60,423 bases of DNA from an uncultured Thermoplasmatales archaeon (lineage in GTDB: Archaea > Thermoplasmatota > E2 > UBA202 > DSCA01): assembly GCA_964514975.1 (NCBI GenBank), contig CAZESS010000013.1, positions 1 to 60,423 on the forward strand, given 5' to 3'. Below, in pieces: positions 7,489-17,428 of this stretch. How positions within the stretch are numbered: position 1 is the first letter of the stretch; each line of letters starts with the position of its first letter. The notes under the pieces are model-generated. The model worked only from the letters and a program-made list of their open reading frames with translations. It did not search any database and was not told the origin of the DNA. A program made the translations under genes and the position numbers.

Positions 7489-8829
7489 ATGTTTCAAAAG
7501 GCGATGGAAGACGATCTTGACAGCCTGGGTGTGCCGCCGTCGGACCGGAAAAAGCTTGAGTCGATGGGGCTGACGAGCCTCGAGCAGATCGCGCTGCTGA
7601 CCCATAAAAAGCTGGGGATGCGCCGGGGCAAGGGGAACACGATCATCCGGCGGGCGCGCAACATCCTGGCCAACCGGCATATCCAGGAGGTGATGGTCGA
7701 TGACGATGCTATCAGGGTGGCGGTCACCTCGCTGTCACGCCCTGTCGTGACGTCGGTGCTCGACGTCATCGGGGTATATGAGGCGTCGCCGGGTGCCGCG
7801 TCGATGGAAAAAAGCGATGGCGTTATTGTGCTGCGGCGTGAAAGCAGCGCGTTTGACGACATCGTGGAGCACGCGGAGGTACAGCGGGATGTGCTTGCGG
7901 GCCGGGATGCGTATGGCATGGAACGGGAGCGTCCGCTCGCCGAGGAGGAGGTGCGGACGTTTGCCCGGGAGCGTGGCTTCGAGGGCTTCTGGCAGCAGGT
8001 TTTCAGGGAGATCCGTGGCAACGAGGTGATGAAGCAGGCGCTGTCGGTGAGCATGTTTTCGACGTTCCGTGAGCCGGTGCACACGATTGTTATCGGTGAG
8101 CCGGGGAGCAGCAAGACCCTGGCAAAGGAGATCATCGAGCGGAATTTCCGTGACGTGACCACGGTTGGGGCGAACACGACGCGCGCCGGTTTGGTTATCA
8201 ACCTTGCGACGGGTGAGATGGGCGCGCTTGCATATTCGGATGGTAGGGTGGTGCTGGCTGATGAGCTTGATAAGATTCCGGATGAGGACATCGAGCACTG
8301 CTATGAGCTGCTGTCGAACGGGCGGTGCAGCGTGCATTCGGCGAAGGTACATGAGGAGATCGAGAGCCATTTCGTGATGATTTCGTTTGCGAATCCGTCG
8401 TCGCAGGTGTTCCGCGACCGCCCGATACGGGATATCCCGCTTCCGCCGCTGCTGATGAGCCGGTTTGCACTGATCGTGCGGACGGAGGCCATTGACCGTG
8501 ATGCCCGCCATGATTTGTTCAGACAGAAGTTTTATGGAACGGGGGAGCTGCAGGAGAAATCGGCGCTGTACAACCAGTGGGTTGAGCTTGCGAGGCGCCA
8601 TGACCCGGACATTGTTGCGTCGGATGCTGCCGTGGAGCGGTATCTGTCGGCGGTGAACGACCTGGTTGAGGAGCATTATCATACCGGTCTGCGCCGCGAT
8701 CTCCGGATGGGTGATTATATCAGGCGGGTGCCGCAGTCGATCGCCCGGGCCTCGTTTGGCGATGTGACGGATGAGACGCTGCGTTCGGCTGAAGATATTT
8801 TCCGGACGTCTGTTGAGAGCTGGCGGTAG
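7489..8829 (+). CDS. MCM-family AAA+ ATPase with N-terminal RadA-like helix-hairpin-helix domain
   Basis: IRGNEVMKQAL, Walker A IGEPGSSKT, TTRAGL, GALAYSDG, Walker B ADELDK, FANP, arginine finger LMSRF. N-terminus LDSLGVPPSDRKKLESMGLTSLEQIAL...TIIRRAR. Confidence 0.8.
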   Translation: MFQKAMEDDLDSLGVPPSDRKKLESMGLTSLEQIALLTHKKLGMRRGKGNTIIRRARNILANRHIQEVMVDDDAIRVAVTSLSRPVVTSVLDVIGVYEASPGAASMEKSDGVIVLRRESSAFDDIVEHAEVQRDVLAGRDAYGMERERPLAEEEVRTFARERGFEGFWQQVFREIRGNEVMKQALSVSMFSTFREPVHTIVIGEPGSSKTLAKEIIERNFRDVTTVGANTTRAGLVINLATGEMGALAYSDGRVVLADELDKIPDEDIEHCYELLSNGRCSVHSAKVHEEIESHFVMISFANPSSQVFRDRPIRDIPLPPLLMSRFALIVRTEAIDRDARHDLFRQKFYGTGELQEKSALYNQWVELARRHDPDIVASDAAVERYLSAVNDLVEEHYHTGLRRDLRMGDYIRRVPQSIARASFGDVTDETLRSAEDIFRTSVESWR

Positions 8830-9378
8830 CTAGAGGAGCAGCCCCTTTGCTTCGAGCTCCTGTTTGACGGCGTTGATGGCCTCGGTGACCTGCTCGGTTT
8901 TTCGGGCGCCGGTGCAGACGACCTTGCCGGAGCCGAACAGCAGGAGGACGACGCCGTGGTCTTTCATCCGGTAGACGATGCCGGGGAATATTTCGGGCTC
9001 GTATTCGGTGTTTTCGAGGCCGATGGCGAGGGCGGTGCTGACCAGGTTGAGCTCGCCGTGGAGGTCGCCGGATGCGACGATGTTCTGGACGGAGATTTCG
9101 GGCTCGTTGACGATGTCGATGCCAATGTCGCTGAGCCGGTCGCGGACCTGCCGCATGCTTTGTTTGATGCTATCGAGGTTTTTGGCACCGGTGCAGACGA
9201 CCTTGCCGCTCCGGAAGAGCAAAAACGCCGTCTTTGGATGCTGTATGCGGAGCACCAGCCCGGGGAAGACCTCGGGGTTGTAGGTGGTGTCCGGGACCGC
9301 CTCATCGATGCTGCGTAAATCCAGGCTGTCGGCGATGGTGGTGGAGGCGACGATGTTCTGGATTTGTATGTCCGCCAT
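8830..9378 (-). CDS. tbp: TATA-box binding protein
   Basis: Two repeats IQNIVAS...YNPEVFPGLV...LFRSGKVVCTGAK and QNIVAS...YEPEIFPGIV...LFGSGKVVCTGAR. Confidence 0.98.
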   Translation of the reverse strand: MADIQIQNIVASTTIADSLDLRSIDEAVPDTTYNPEVFPGLVLRIQHPKTAFLLFRSGKVVCTGAKNLDSIKQSMRQVRDRLSDIGIDIVNEPEISVQNIVASGDLHGELNLVSTALAIGLENTEYEPEIFPGIVYRMKDHGVVLLLFGSGKVVCTGARKTEQVTEAINAVKQELEAKGLLL

Positions 9379-9429
9379 GAGGCTACATGCGTTCCATGAC
9401 AATAAATGTTTCTGTCTCGGCGCGGTATG

Positions 9430-9660
9430 GGGGGCGGAAGGGGTGAGGGGAAAAAATCCCCCTTCCGGTGCCCGTGTGCCTGCCTGTGCCCGTTTTAGCC
9501 CGTTTTAGGGCGCTATACTGATACGCAGGATGTACAATATATAGAATATCCCGCGCCATATATAGTTTCTCGAAATATATTATATTGACATATATAGATA
9601 CCTCTGGGTGCTTGTGCAGTGCAGCCCGCGACCTGTGCCATTGTGCCCCTTCCGGCAATT
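9430..9660. repeat. Intergenic repeat cluster with AT-rich core
   Basis: GCCCGTTTTA tandem (9488-9507); TGTGCC four times; ATATATAG at 9537, 9558 and 9590; CGGAAGGGG motif three times in both orientations. Confidence 0.6.
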
Positions 9661-9709
9661 ATGGAAAACTTAATAAGGCCTCAGGCGATACCAATCTGGT
9701 GAGATAAAC

Positions 9710-9943
9710 ATGGCTATGGGATTCATCCTTATATCCACGGCTCCCGCCCGGGAGCACGAGGTATACAGCGAGCTCCTCAAGATAGAGGAAATCGTTGAAC
9801 TGCACCCGCTCTTCGGAGAATACGACCTCATAGCTAAGGTGGAAGCGGAGGATTTTGACACGCTCGGAAAAATAGTGGTTGATAAGATCCGGGCCATCGA
9901 GGGAGTGGCCGACACGAAAACGCTCACCGGAACAAAATTCTAA
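9710..9943 (+). CDS. Stand-alone Lrp/AsnC ligand-binding (RAM) domain protein
   Basis: ELHPLFGEYDLIAKVE...KIRAIEGVADTKTL; no HTH. Confidence 0.9.
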   Translation: MAMGFILISTAPAREHEVYSELLKIEEIVELHPLFGEYDLIAKVEAEDFDTLGKIVVDKIRAIEGVADTKTLTGTKF

Positions 9944-9955
9944 GGAGGAAAAAAT

Positions 9956-10261
9956 ATGGAACCATGGTTACAACTGTTTGTGAGCATGCTGATGCTGGTA
10001 TTCGCCATCGGTGCAATCATCGCAGGACTGTTCACCGCCTACTTCGGCTCCGGCAAAAGCCGCGCCATCGGCGGCATACTGCTGCTCATCGGTCTCATCG
10101 TCGCATTCCTGTTCTACAACTACAGCGGTGACAGCGCTATCTGGGGCGACCCCGAATGGACATGGGAAGCCGTCAAATGGGGTGTCTCCTCCGTCGTCGG
10201 CGCCATCGTCGGTGCGCTCGTCGCCTTGGGCGTGTTCCTCGCCGGCATCATGAAGGCGTAA
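9956..10261 (+). CDS. Small three-TM membrane protein
   Basis: GGAGG SD; three hydrophobic segments; YFGSGKSRAIG loop. Confidence 0.8.
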   Translation: MEPWLQLFVSMLMLVFAIGAIIAGLFTAYFGSGKSRAIGGILLLIGLIVAFLFYNYSGDSAIWGDPEWTWEAVKWGVSSVVGAIVGALVALGVFLAGIMKA

Positions 10262-10321
10262 ACGCGGGCTCACATTTACCGCAATCGATAACCGTTAATA
10301 GCTGCAGCTCCATGTAGAGCC

Positions 10322-11092
10322 GTGAGTGAACGCTACAAGCATCTCCTCTCGCTGTTACAGGACACCGGACCGGTCGCCATAGCGTTTTCCGGCGGCGTGG
10401 ACAGCGCGCTCGTCGCCGCCGCAGCCGCCGATGCCGGGATTGAAACGATGGCCATCACCGTGCTGTCGCCCGTCTTTGCAGTATGGCAGCGCCGGCAGGC
10501 CGTTGCAGCATCTAAGGAACTCGGCATCCGTCAGGTTCTCATTGAAACAGATGTTTTGCCGATGGCCGGCCCAAATCGCTGCTACCGCTGCAAACAGCAG
10601 ATGGCCGACCTGTGGAAGTATGTCGCTGCCGAACACTCCTTTTCCACCGTCGTCGACGGTGTCACCGCCGCCGACCTTGCCGACCCGTCGATGCCCGGCG
10701 CCCGTGCGGCAACCGAGGCGGGCATCCATCACCCGCTGGCCGACCTCGGGTTCTCCGGCGAAGCGATACGGGACATGGCCAGGCACCGAGGGCTCTCGGT
10801 CTGGAATACGCCATCAGAGGCATGCCTGGCAAGCCGGCTGCCATCCGATGAGCAGGCAACGGAAAAAAACCTCCAGATGATAGAAAACGCCGAGGTCATG
10901 CTCCGAGAGATAACGCCCCGGGTGCGGGCCAGAAAACACGGCGACCTCGTCCGAATAGCGGTGCCGCCCGAGCTATTCAAGGCGGTGCTCCAGCAGCGCG
11001 AGCGCATCGCCAGCCATATGCACGACCTGGGTTTCCGCTACGTGACGCTCGACGTCCAGGGCTACCGGCAGGGCAGCATGCACCCGCGTTAG
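10322..11092 (+). CDS. larE: LarE-like PP-loop ATP-dependent sulfur transferase
   Basis: AFSGGVDS, RCYRCK, CLASR, GFRYVTLD..GYRQGSM. Confidence 0.85.
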   Translation: MSERYKHLLSLLQDTGPVAIAFSGGVDSALVAAAAADAGIETMAITVLSPVFAVWQRRQAVAASKELGIRQVLIETDVLPMAGPNRCYRCKQQMADLWKYVAAEHSFSTVVDGVTAADLADPSMPGARAATEAGIHHPLADLGFSGEAIRDMARHRGLSVWNTPSEACLASRLPSDEQATEKNLQMIENAEVMLREITPRVRARKHGDLVRIAVPPELFKAVLQQRERIASHMHDLGFRYVTLDVQGYRQGSMHPR

Positions 11093-13017
11093 CCCGGTGC
11101 CAGCGCTCCGAACAGTGCCATCGCTATGATGGTAACGATGCTGAAAAACGCAACGGCGACAGGCAGTGCAACCCCCAGCCGGTACATGTATTCGACCCTG
11201 TCGTCACCCTCGTCGATGCCGTTGGCGAACCGGATGAGCAGGAAGACGAGCTCGATGACGTAGATGCCGACGACCAGCACAAACCATTCAGGGTGCAGGA
11301 TGTCGCTACCGATGCCGGCGGACAGCCCCGGCAGGCCGCCCAGTGCACCCCCGTCGGACATGCCGCCCAGGTTCATTCCCTCGAGCACGATTGAGATGAG
11401 CCTGGTGATGCCCAGGGTCACGCCGGCTATCAACGGCGCAAACACGGTGGCCGTCGACCTGAGCGTTGAGGTGAGCGTTCCCAGCGACCGCCGGATGCCA
11501 CCCTCGACGTCCTGTAGCTCCTTGAGATGTTCGGCGATGTTCACGATGGCGTTGCCGGCCGCCGCATGGCTTTTCTGCACGCCCTCCACGAAAAGGTGCA
11601 TGACCGCCCTGATACGGTCGGAATAGACATGGCGGAGCGACCCATGTTCCGCGTCGAAAAACGCGTCATGGAGGCCGGTACGCATCCCGGTGAGATTGAA
11701 CGCCGTCCGGGCAAAAATGCTGCCCATCTTGGAGCCCTCCAGCGTCCTCGCGGCATGCTGGAAGGCGTCCTCCGCCGGCCTGCCCTCCGTGATGCGCTTT
11801 CCGATGACATACAATGAATCGGCGAACTCCCGCTCCATCATCCTGATGTCGTCCCGTACCTTTTTGTATGGGCGGTAGGCACCCAGGCAGTACAGTCCAG
11901 CAGAGGTGGCGACGCCCCACAGGATGAAAAGCGTCGCCGGGAATACCTCGTTCAGCCAGCCCTGCATGGCGGGCATGAACAGAAAAACGGCGGACGGAAG
12001 CGCAATTACCAGTCCCGCGACAGCCGCTACGGCCAGCCACATCTGCCGGTCTACATCGGCCACGTCTGGATGGTCATCCGGGATGGACGGTGGGTTGAAC
12101 GTCGCCGGGCGGGACAGCAGCACCCGCCGGATGTAGACAAACAGGGCCAGCGGCAGCAGGATGTCATACAGGAGAAAAATGTGGACGAGCGACAGGTGCA
12201 GCCCGACCAGCGAGGCAGCCGGCATCATGGCGATGAGCGCCAGCGGAATCATGACCCCGATCGAATAAATGACCAGTGTGGGCTGATGCAGCCGCTGCGC
12301 AAACGACGTCATGCTGCGCCTGGTTCCCTCCATCACCAGGTCAAGCGACCGGTTCAGCGTCATCGCGCGTGCATCCTCGCTTCGCTCACGGATGGCGCTC
12401 CGCACCAGGTGCAGTGCCCGCTTGAGATAGTCGCTCCATGCTCCCCACCGGTCGGCGAAGGCTGTGACGGCGTCGTCGACGCTTGCATGCACCCGGATTT
12501 CGAGGTCCCACATCAGCTTGCGGAGGTCCCGACCCAGCGAGGTGGACGACTCACGGGCAGCAAACCGGAGCCCGTCCTCAATGTTGGGCACGAGCTTGAG
12601 GTACATCACGATGTAGCTCAGCACCTCGGGGATGTCGCCCAGCGAATGAACCTTCATGCGCCGCGCCCGGCTCTTCGGATACTCGCTCAAAAGATGCAGC
12701 GCCGCGAGTGGCAGCCCCAGCGTGACGGCGACCAGCAGGACCAGCGTCAGGCCGTCCATCGCAACGAGGGAAAACCCATACATGGCGAACACACCGATAT
12801 CGAGCAGCAGCGCCGCCAGGCCGGCCAGGAACGCGCCGGCGTAGGAACACAGCAGCACCTGGTATGGCTCAATGTCCATGCCGGTGAAGGCGAGCGCGTC
12901 GACAAACTCGTCCGACACGGCGCCGCGCGCCCTGCTTTCAAACATATCGAGGTCGCCGGCAAGCCATGCAAAATGCGTGGCGGCCAAGTCGCACAGCCGT
13001 TCAAACCATGCGGTCAT
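11089..13017 (-). CDS. Type IV pilus/T2SS-F platform membrane protein (fused TadB/TadC, FlaJ-like)
   Basis: Two cytoplasmic T2SSF-like domains separated by TM clusters; start overlaps the stop of the ATPase gene. Confidence 0.8.
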   Translation of the reverse strand: MTAWFERLCDLAATHFAWLAGDLDMFESRARGAVSDEFVDALAFTGMDIEPYQVLLCSYAGAFLAGLAALLLDIGVFAMYGFSLVAMDGLTLVLLVAVTLGLPLAALHLLSEYPKSRARRMKVHSLGDIPEVLSYIVMYLKLVPNIEDGLRFAARESSTSLGRDLRKLMWDLEIRVHASVDDAVTAFADRWGAWSDYLKRALHLVRSAIRERSEDARAMTLNRSLDLVMEGTRRSMTSFAQRLHQPTLVIYSIGVMIPLALIAMMPAASLVGLHLSLVHIFLLYDILLPLALFVYIRRVLLSRPATFNPPSIPDDHPDVADVDRQMWLAVAAVAGLVIALPSAVFLFMPAMQGWLNEVFPATLFILWGVATSAGLYCLGAYRPYKKVRDDIRMMEREFADSLYVIGKRITEGRPAEDAFQHAARTLEGSKMGSIFARTAFNLTGMRTGLHDAFFDAEHGSLRHVYSDRIRAVMHLFVEGVQKSHAAAGNAIVNIAEHLKELQDVEGGIRRSLGTLTSTLRSTATVFAPLIAGVTLGITRLISIVLEGMNLGGMSDGGALGGLPGLSAGIGSDILHPEWFVLVVGIYVIELVFLLIRFANGIDEGDDRVEYMYRLGVALPVAVAFFSIVTIIAMALFGALAPG

Positions 13018-15224
13018 CGTATCCGGCTCACATAGTCGCGGAACCAGCCCGTCCAGCGCTCCCGTATCTCCTCATAGCATGGAGTGCCGTGCTCCCGCCG
13101 GCTTTCCTCCGTCACCATCCAGAACGCGTTGTTGGCATCGCGGACCGCCCGTGCCTCGAGCACCTGGGATGTCCGCTCGCCATATGACGCCATCATCTCC
13201 CGGATGTCGGCGCGGAGGGCGATGTTCTCAATAGCGCGCTCGATGTCCATGCCCCACTCGCGGGCGATGCGCCCGATGACCTCGGACTGGCCCATGTCGA
13301 GCAGATCGGTCGCCTCGAGCACGTCGCCGGCAGGATTATAGCGCATGAGGTCGGCGAACACGTCATCCGGGTCGCATGTGGCGTTCCAGCCCGCCTTCGA
13401 CACCTCGGATATCTGGACGACGCGCCGTCGTTTCTCCAGCCCGCCGCCGGCCCGGATGGGCGCGGCAACGGTGACGACGTCCGTCGCCTTGAACGAGGTC
13501 GGGGCGACACCGATGTCGTAGACGATGCGCTCAAACACGTCCCGCGTCGTCGCGCCATGGATGGTGCCCAGGATGAGGTTGCCGGCGGCGCCGACGCGCA
13601 TCGCCTCGAACAGCACCCTGGTTTCCTCGCCCCTGACCTCGCCCAGCACGAGCACCGACTCGCCGAGGCGGAGCGCCGTGCGAAGCGCCGTCTCGGGGGC
13701 GACGCCGGAGTGGCCGCCCGAGGTGATGGGCTCGGTGACCAGCGACTGGACCTTGTATCCCATCTCCTGCAACGCGTCCACGGGCAGCTCCGGGGTGTCC
13801 TCCAGCGTCAGGATGCGGTAGCGCATCGGTATCTCGAGCAGCAGCGCGGAGAGCAGTGAGGTTTTACCGGCGCCGCGGCTGCCCGCGATGAGCATCGATG
13901 CCTGCCCGTCGACCAGGAAGCTCAGCAGGCCGGCGGCCATCGGAGTAACCATGTTATGATGGATGAACCTGGGCAGCGTCCACGGTGACGTGCTGTGCCG
14001 CCGTATCGCAAACGCGACGCCTTTTTCGGTCAGCGGCGGCGAAATGGCAGCGACGCGCGCATCGTAGCCATCCAGGCTCATGTCCAGGATTGGTGTGCCC
14101 TCGGAAAACGGGCGGCCGCTGAGGCTGCGGAAGCGGGAGGACAGGCTTTCAACGTCGTTCCGTGAGAAATAGATGTTGGAGGTATATTCCTCGCCGTCTA
14201 CGATGAGATGCAACGGGTTGTTGACCACGGGCGCGTTGATGTAGATGTCCTCCACCCGCTCGTCGAGCAGCAGGTCCTCGAGGATGCCCAGGCCTGCCGT
14301 ATATTTAGCGAAGATGTCCGACAGCCGCTCGAGCCGCGTCCGGGACAGCGAGATATCCATGTTGTCGGCCACGTCGGCGAGTCGCTCCCGTCCATATCTG
14401 AGGAAGTATTCCCGGGCCGCCGCAGGGTCCATGAACGACGACTCCGACGGCCGATACCGCGCCAGGCTTTGTTTCACCCGCTGCAGCAGCCGCAGCTCCC
14501 GCTCGGGTAGATTGTACTCGGGCGGGATCACAAAATACAGTTTTTCCGGCCGCGTTTGCAGCGCATACAGCGAAACGTCGAGCGGCCGTCCGTCCTCCTG
14601 TTGCACCCGGTATTTGGTGGTGAAAACCGCGTCGGACGGCGGCGTCAGCCGGATGTAGCTGTCAAAAAATCGTGGTCGGACATATGGCCGGATACGGTCG
14701 CGGTAGTACCTCTCGCTGTTTCCGTCGCCGACAACGCGCCGGGTGAGCCCGCGCCGTTCCAGCAGGTCGGCCAGCCCCGCGATATACCGCTTCCGGCATG
14801 AGACGCATCGCTCGTTTCCATCAGCGACATGGGTGCGCTCCTCCCGCAGCATCCGCCGAAGGCGCTGGACCGCCCGGACCGGGTCGGAGCCGGCGATGTC
14901 CTGTAGCTTTTGGACGGCCTGCCGGCGTTCGCCTGTGCACCCGGCGCATTGCTCCATGTCCGGCATGTCGGGGAGCGTATAGGTGGTAAGCCCCGTGTAA
15001 AAGGCTGCCAGGTCCTTCAAAAACGCGAGTGCGTCGCCGTCGAACACCTTGACCAGGGAATGCTGCAGGACGACGCGGTCCACGTCGGCCTCCGCGGCCA
15101 CCGCATCGATGAGGTTGCGCCGGCAGTTGGCATCGACAATCGAGGAGGCGCCGCCGCATGCCCCGCAGTCCATGACCGCCACCCGCAGGCTCCCCTCGTC
15201 CCGTATCTCATGGGGGCAGGTCAT
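13014..15224 (-). CDS. Type II/IV secretion ATPase (VirB11/FlaI family) with Cys-rich N-terminus
   Basis: Walker A GSRGAGKT, LEDTPEL, LGEVRG, GTIHG; N-terminal CxxC motifs; start set at ATG 15224. Confidence 0.92.
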   Translation of the reverse strand: MTCPHEIRDEGSLRVAVMDCGACGGASSIVDANCRRNLIDAVAAEADVDRVVLQHSLVKVFDGDALAFLKDLAAFYTGLTTYTLPDMPDMEQCAGCTGERRQAVQKLQDIAGSDPVRAVQRLRRMLREERTHVADGNERCVSCRKRYIAGLADLLERRGLTRRVVGDGNSERYYRDRIRPYVRPRFFDSYIRLTPPSDAVFTTKYRVQQEDGRPLDVSLYALQTRPEKLYFVIPPEYNLPERELRLLQRVKQSLARYRPSESSFMDPAAAREYFLRYGRERLADVADNMDISLSRTRLERLSDIFAKYTAGLGILEDLLLDERVEDIYINAPVVNNPLHLIVDGEEYTSNIYFSRNDVESLSSRFRSLSGRPFSEGTPILDMSLDGYDARVAAISPPLTEKGVAFAIRRHSTSPWTLPRFIHHNMVTPMAAGLLSFLVDGQASMLIAGSRGAGKTSLLSALLLEIPMRYRILTLEDTPELPVDALQEMGYKVQSLVTEPITSGGHSGVAPETALRTALRLGESVLVLGEVRGEETRVLFEAMRVGAAGNLILGTIHGATTRDVFERIVYDIGVAPTSFKATDVVTVAAPIRAGGGLEKRRRVVQISEVSKAGWNATCDPDDVFADLMRYNPAGDVLEATDLLDMGQSEVIGRIAREWGMDIERAIENIALRADIREMMASYGERTSQVLEARAVRDANNAFWMVTEESRREHGTPCYEEIRERWTGWFRDYVSRIR

Positions 15225-15309
15225 ACCAACATTAATCAACGAACATCCTATATACCTTTTGATGAGCATTACAATCCACAACGGAAGCGACGATGAGGCT
15301 GAACGGAGC

Positions 15310-16539
15310 ATGCTTAGTGACACGCTCCACGTCCTCGGTCGCCGGGGCGACGACACACGGGGGCTGCTTGAGCTCGGCAGGTACTACGCGCTCGACCAAT
15401 CGTTGGGCTCCCCCGTCTACATCGACGGCGCGAGCCCGCACGTCGTCCTCGTCTGCGGCAAGCGAGGCTACGGCAAATCCTACACCCTGGGCACCTTCAT
15501 GGAAGAAATGGCCATGCTGGACACAGAGACGCGCGCCGGTATCGCCCTGCTCGTCGTCGACACCCTCGGCATCTTCTGGACGTCCCGCCATGGCAACACC
15601 CGGCAGCGGGAGCTCCTGGAACGCTGGGGCTACGAGCCCCGGGGAGTTGACATCCGGCTGCTGACCGCACCCGGCCGCGTCGACGACTATGCGGCGCACG
15701 ATATCAACGTGGCACCGTTCACGCTCAGGACATCCGAGGTCACGCCGATGCAGTGGTGCCGGCTGTTCGACGCCGGCATGACCGACCCGCTTGGCGTCGC
15801 CATCACCAGAGCCATCATGTCCCTCAAGGCGCCCTACGCCATAGAGGACGTCATCGCGGCGGTGCAGGCAGACGAGCGCACCCCAGACAGGGTCAAAGGC
15901 GCCGCGGAAAACTTTTTCAAAATGGCATCGGAATGGCAGCTATTCAACCGACATGGCATGCCGCTCGACGACATCGTAACCGGCGGCCGGGTCACCGTCC
16001 TCGACATGAGCGCCTACCCGGAGGAGCTCAAACAGGTCGTCGTGGCCGTGCTCGCCCGCATGATATTCCAGCGGCGCGTCCGGGAGCGACAGCGGGACGA
16101 GGAACGCCAGATGAAGGAAACAACAAAAGACAGGCGTTTTCCCCTGGTCTGGATGGCCATCGACGAGGCGCAGGTGTTCCTGCCAGATGAACCCGGCATG
16201 GCAAAGGACGTGCTGATACAGCAATGGATGCGCCAGGGACGACAACCCGGCGTGTCGCTGCTCCTGGCGACGCAGCGCCCGGGCGCCCTCGACCCCGAGG
16301 CGCTCTCCCACAGCGACCTCATCATCTGCCATCGGCTGACCGCGCAGCAGGACATTGAGGCGCTGAACACCGTCCGCCCGACATACATGCAGGGCAGCAT
16401 CAGCGACGCGCTGAAAAAGGTGGGAACCGAGAAGGGAGTAGCCCTTGTCATCGATGACACCTCAGAATCCGTCCATGTCGTCAGGGTCAGGCCGCGCCTG
16501 AGCTGGCACGGCGGCGGGGAGCCATCGGCGCTGTGGTGA
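15310..16539 (+). CDS. HerA/FtsK-like ATPase (DUF87-type)
   Basis: Walker A GKRGYGKS, Walker B AIDEAQ, RQGRQPG, ATQRP; start uncertain (15262 or 15310). Confidence 0.85.
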   Translation: MLSDTLHVLGRRGDDTRGLLELGRYYALDQSLGSPVYIDGASPHVVLVCGKRGYGKSYTLGTFMEEMAMLDTETRAGIALLVVDTLGIFWTSRHGNTRQRELLERWGYEPRGVDIRLLTAPGRVDDYAAHDINVAPFTLRTSEVTPMQWCRLFDAGMTDPLGVAITRAIMSLKAPYAIEDVIAAVQADERTPDRVKGAAENFFKMASEWQLFNRHGMPLDDIVTGGRVTVLDMSAYPEELKQVVVAVLARMIFQRRVRERQRDEERQMKETTKDRRFPLVWMAIDEAQVFLPDEPGMAKDVLIQQWMRQGRQPGVSLLLATQRPGALDPEALSHSDLIICHRLTAQQDIEALNTVRPTYMQGSISDALKKVGTEKGVALVIDDTSESVHVVRVRPRLSWHGGGEPSALW

Positions 16540-16544
16540 CCAAT

Positions 16545-17387
16545 ATGCTATGGTATATCGGCGCCACCGTCGCGCTCGCAGGCACCATCCTTGCGACAGT
16601 TGTCGACCTCCGGACCCGGATGATACCAAACGCGTTATCCCTGGGCATGATGGCCATTGGCGGCGCGCTCGTCGCCATCCGCGTCATGCAGGGCGGGCCC
16701 TGGCCGTTCATCCTGCCCACCGTCGCCGTGGCCATGATGCTGGCATGGCTCCTCTGGCGCGCCGGCGTGTACGGCGGCGGCGACGCAAAGCTCGTGATGG
16801 CCATCGCGCTGCTGCTCCCCCTGTACCATGATGGAACATCCTTTCTCCCCACGTTTTTCGTCATGCTCGCCGTGGCGGCGTTCATCCAGTTCTACGTGTA
16901 CGGGCTGCTGTCGCTGCTCCGGAACCGCAGGGTGCTGCATGCGCTGCTGTTCGCCGTCCTCCCCCTCGTTATCGCCGTCGCTGCGCTGTATGCTGCCCGC
17001 CAGGTGTTTCCCTGGCCGCGGTATGTAGCGCTGCTGTCGCTCGCCGTGACCGCTGACCTGGTGAGCCCGATGCTGTCCTTTCGGCGCTGGATGCCGGTGG
17101 ACGACGAGCTCGAAGGCAGGCTGCTGGCGGAGACCATCGGCACCCGTGACGGCGACATCATACGTGAACCCGAGCCGGCGTCGATGCTCCGGCGGATGCT
17201 CCACCGTCATCCCGAGATGGACGAGGTCGTCGCTGCACCGCATCACCTCGGCGTGCAGCCCGCCGACATCGACAGGCTGCGGGGCATGGTCGAGCGAGTG
17301 GCCGTGTTCCCCGCGTTTCCGTTCGCCCCGGTGATACTGGCCGCCCTGGCTCTCTCGCTGGCGTTCGGCAACCTGCTGCCGGTGTAA
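16545..17387 (+). CDS. Prepilin peptidase (A24, FlaK/PibD-like)
   Basis: VDLRTRMIPN and GGGDAKL catalytic Asp motifs; multiple TM helices; C-terminal PFAP. Confidence 0.85.
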   Translation: MLWYIGATVALAGTILATVVDLRTRMIPNALSLGMMAIGGALVAIRVMQGGPWPFILPTVAVAMMLAWLLWRAGVYGGGDAKLVMAIALLLPLYHDGTSFLPTFFVMLAVAAFIQFYVYGLLSLLRNRRVLHALLFAVLPLVIAVAALYAARQVFPWPRYVALLSLAVTADLVSPMLSFRRWMPVDDELEGRLLAETIGTRDGDIIREPEPASMLRRMLHRHPEMDEVVAAPHHLGVQPADIDRLRGMVERVAVFPAFPFAPVILAALALSLAFGNLLPV

Positions 17388-17428
17388 CGGCAAAGAAACG
17401 GCTAAATACCGCCATACGTTCAACATAC

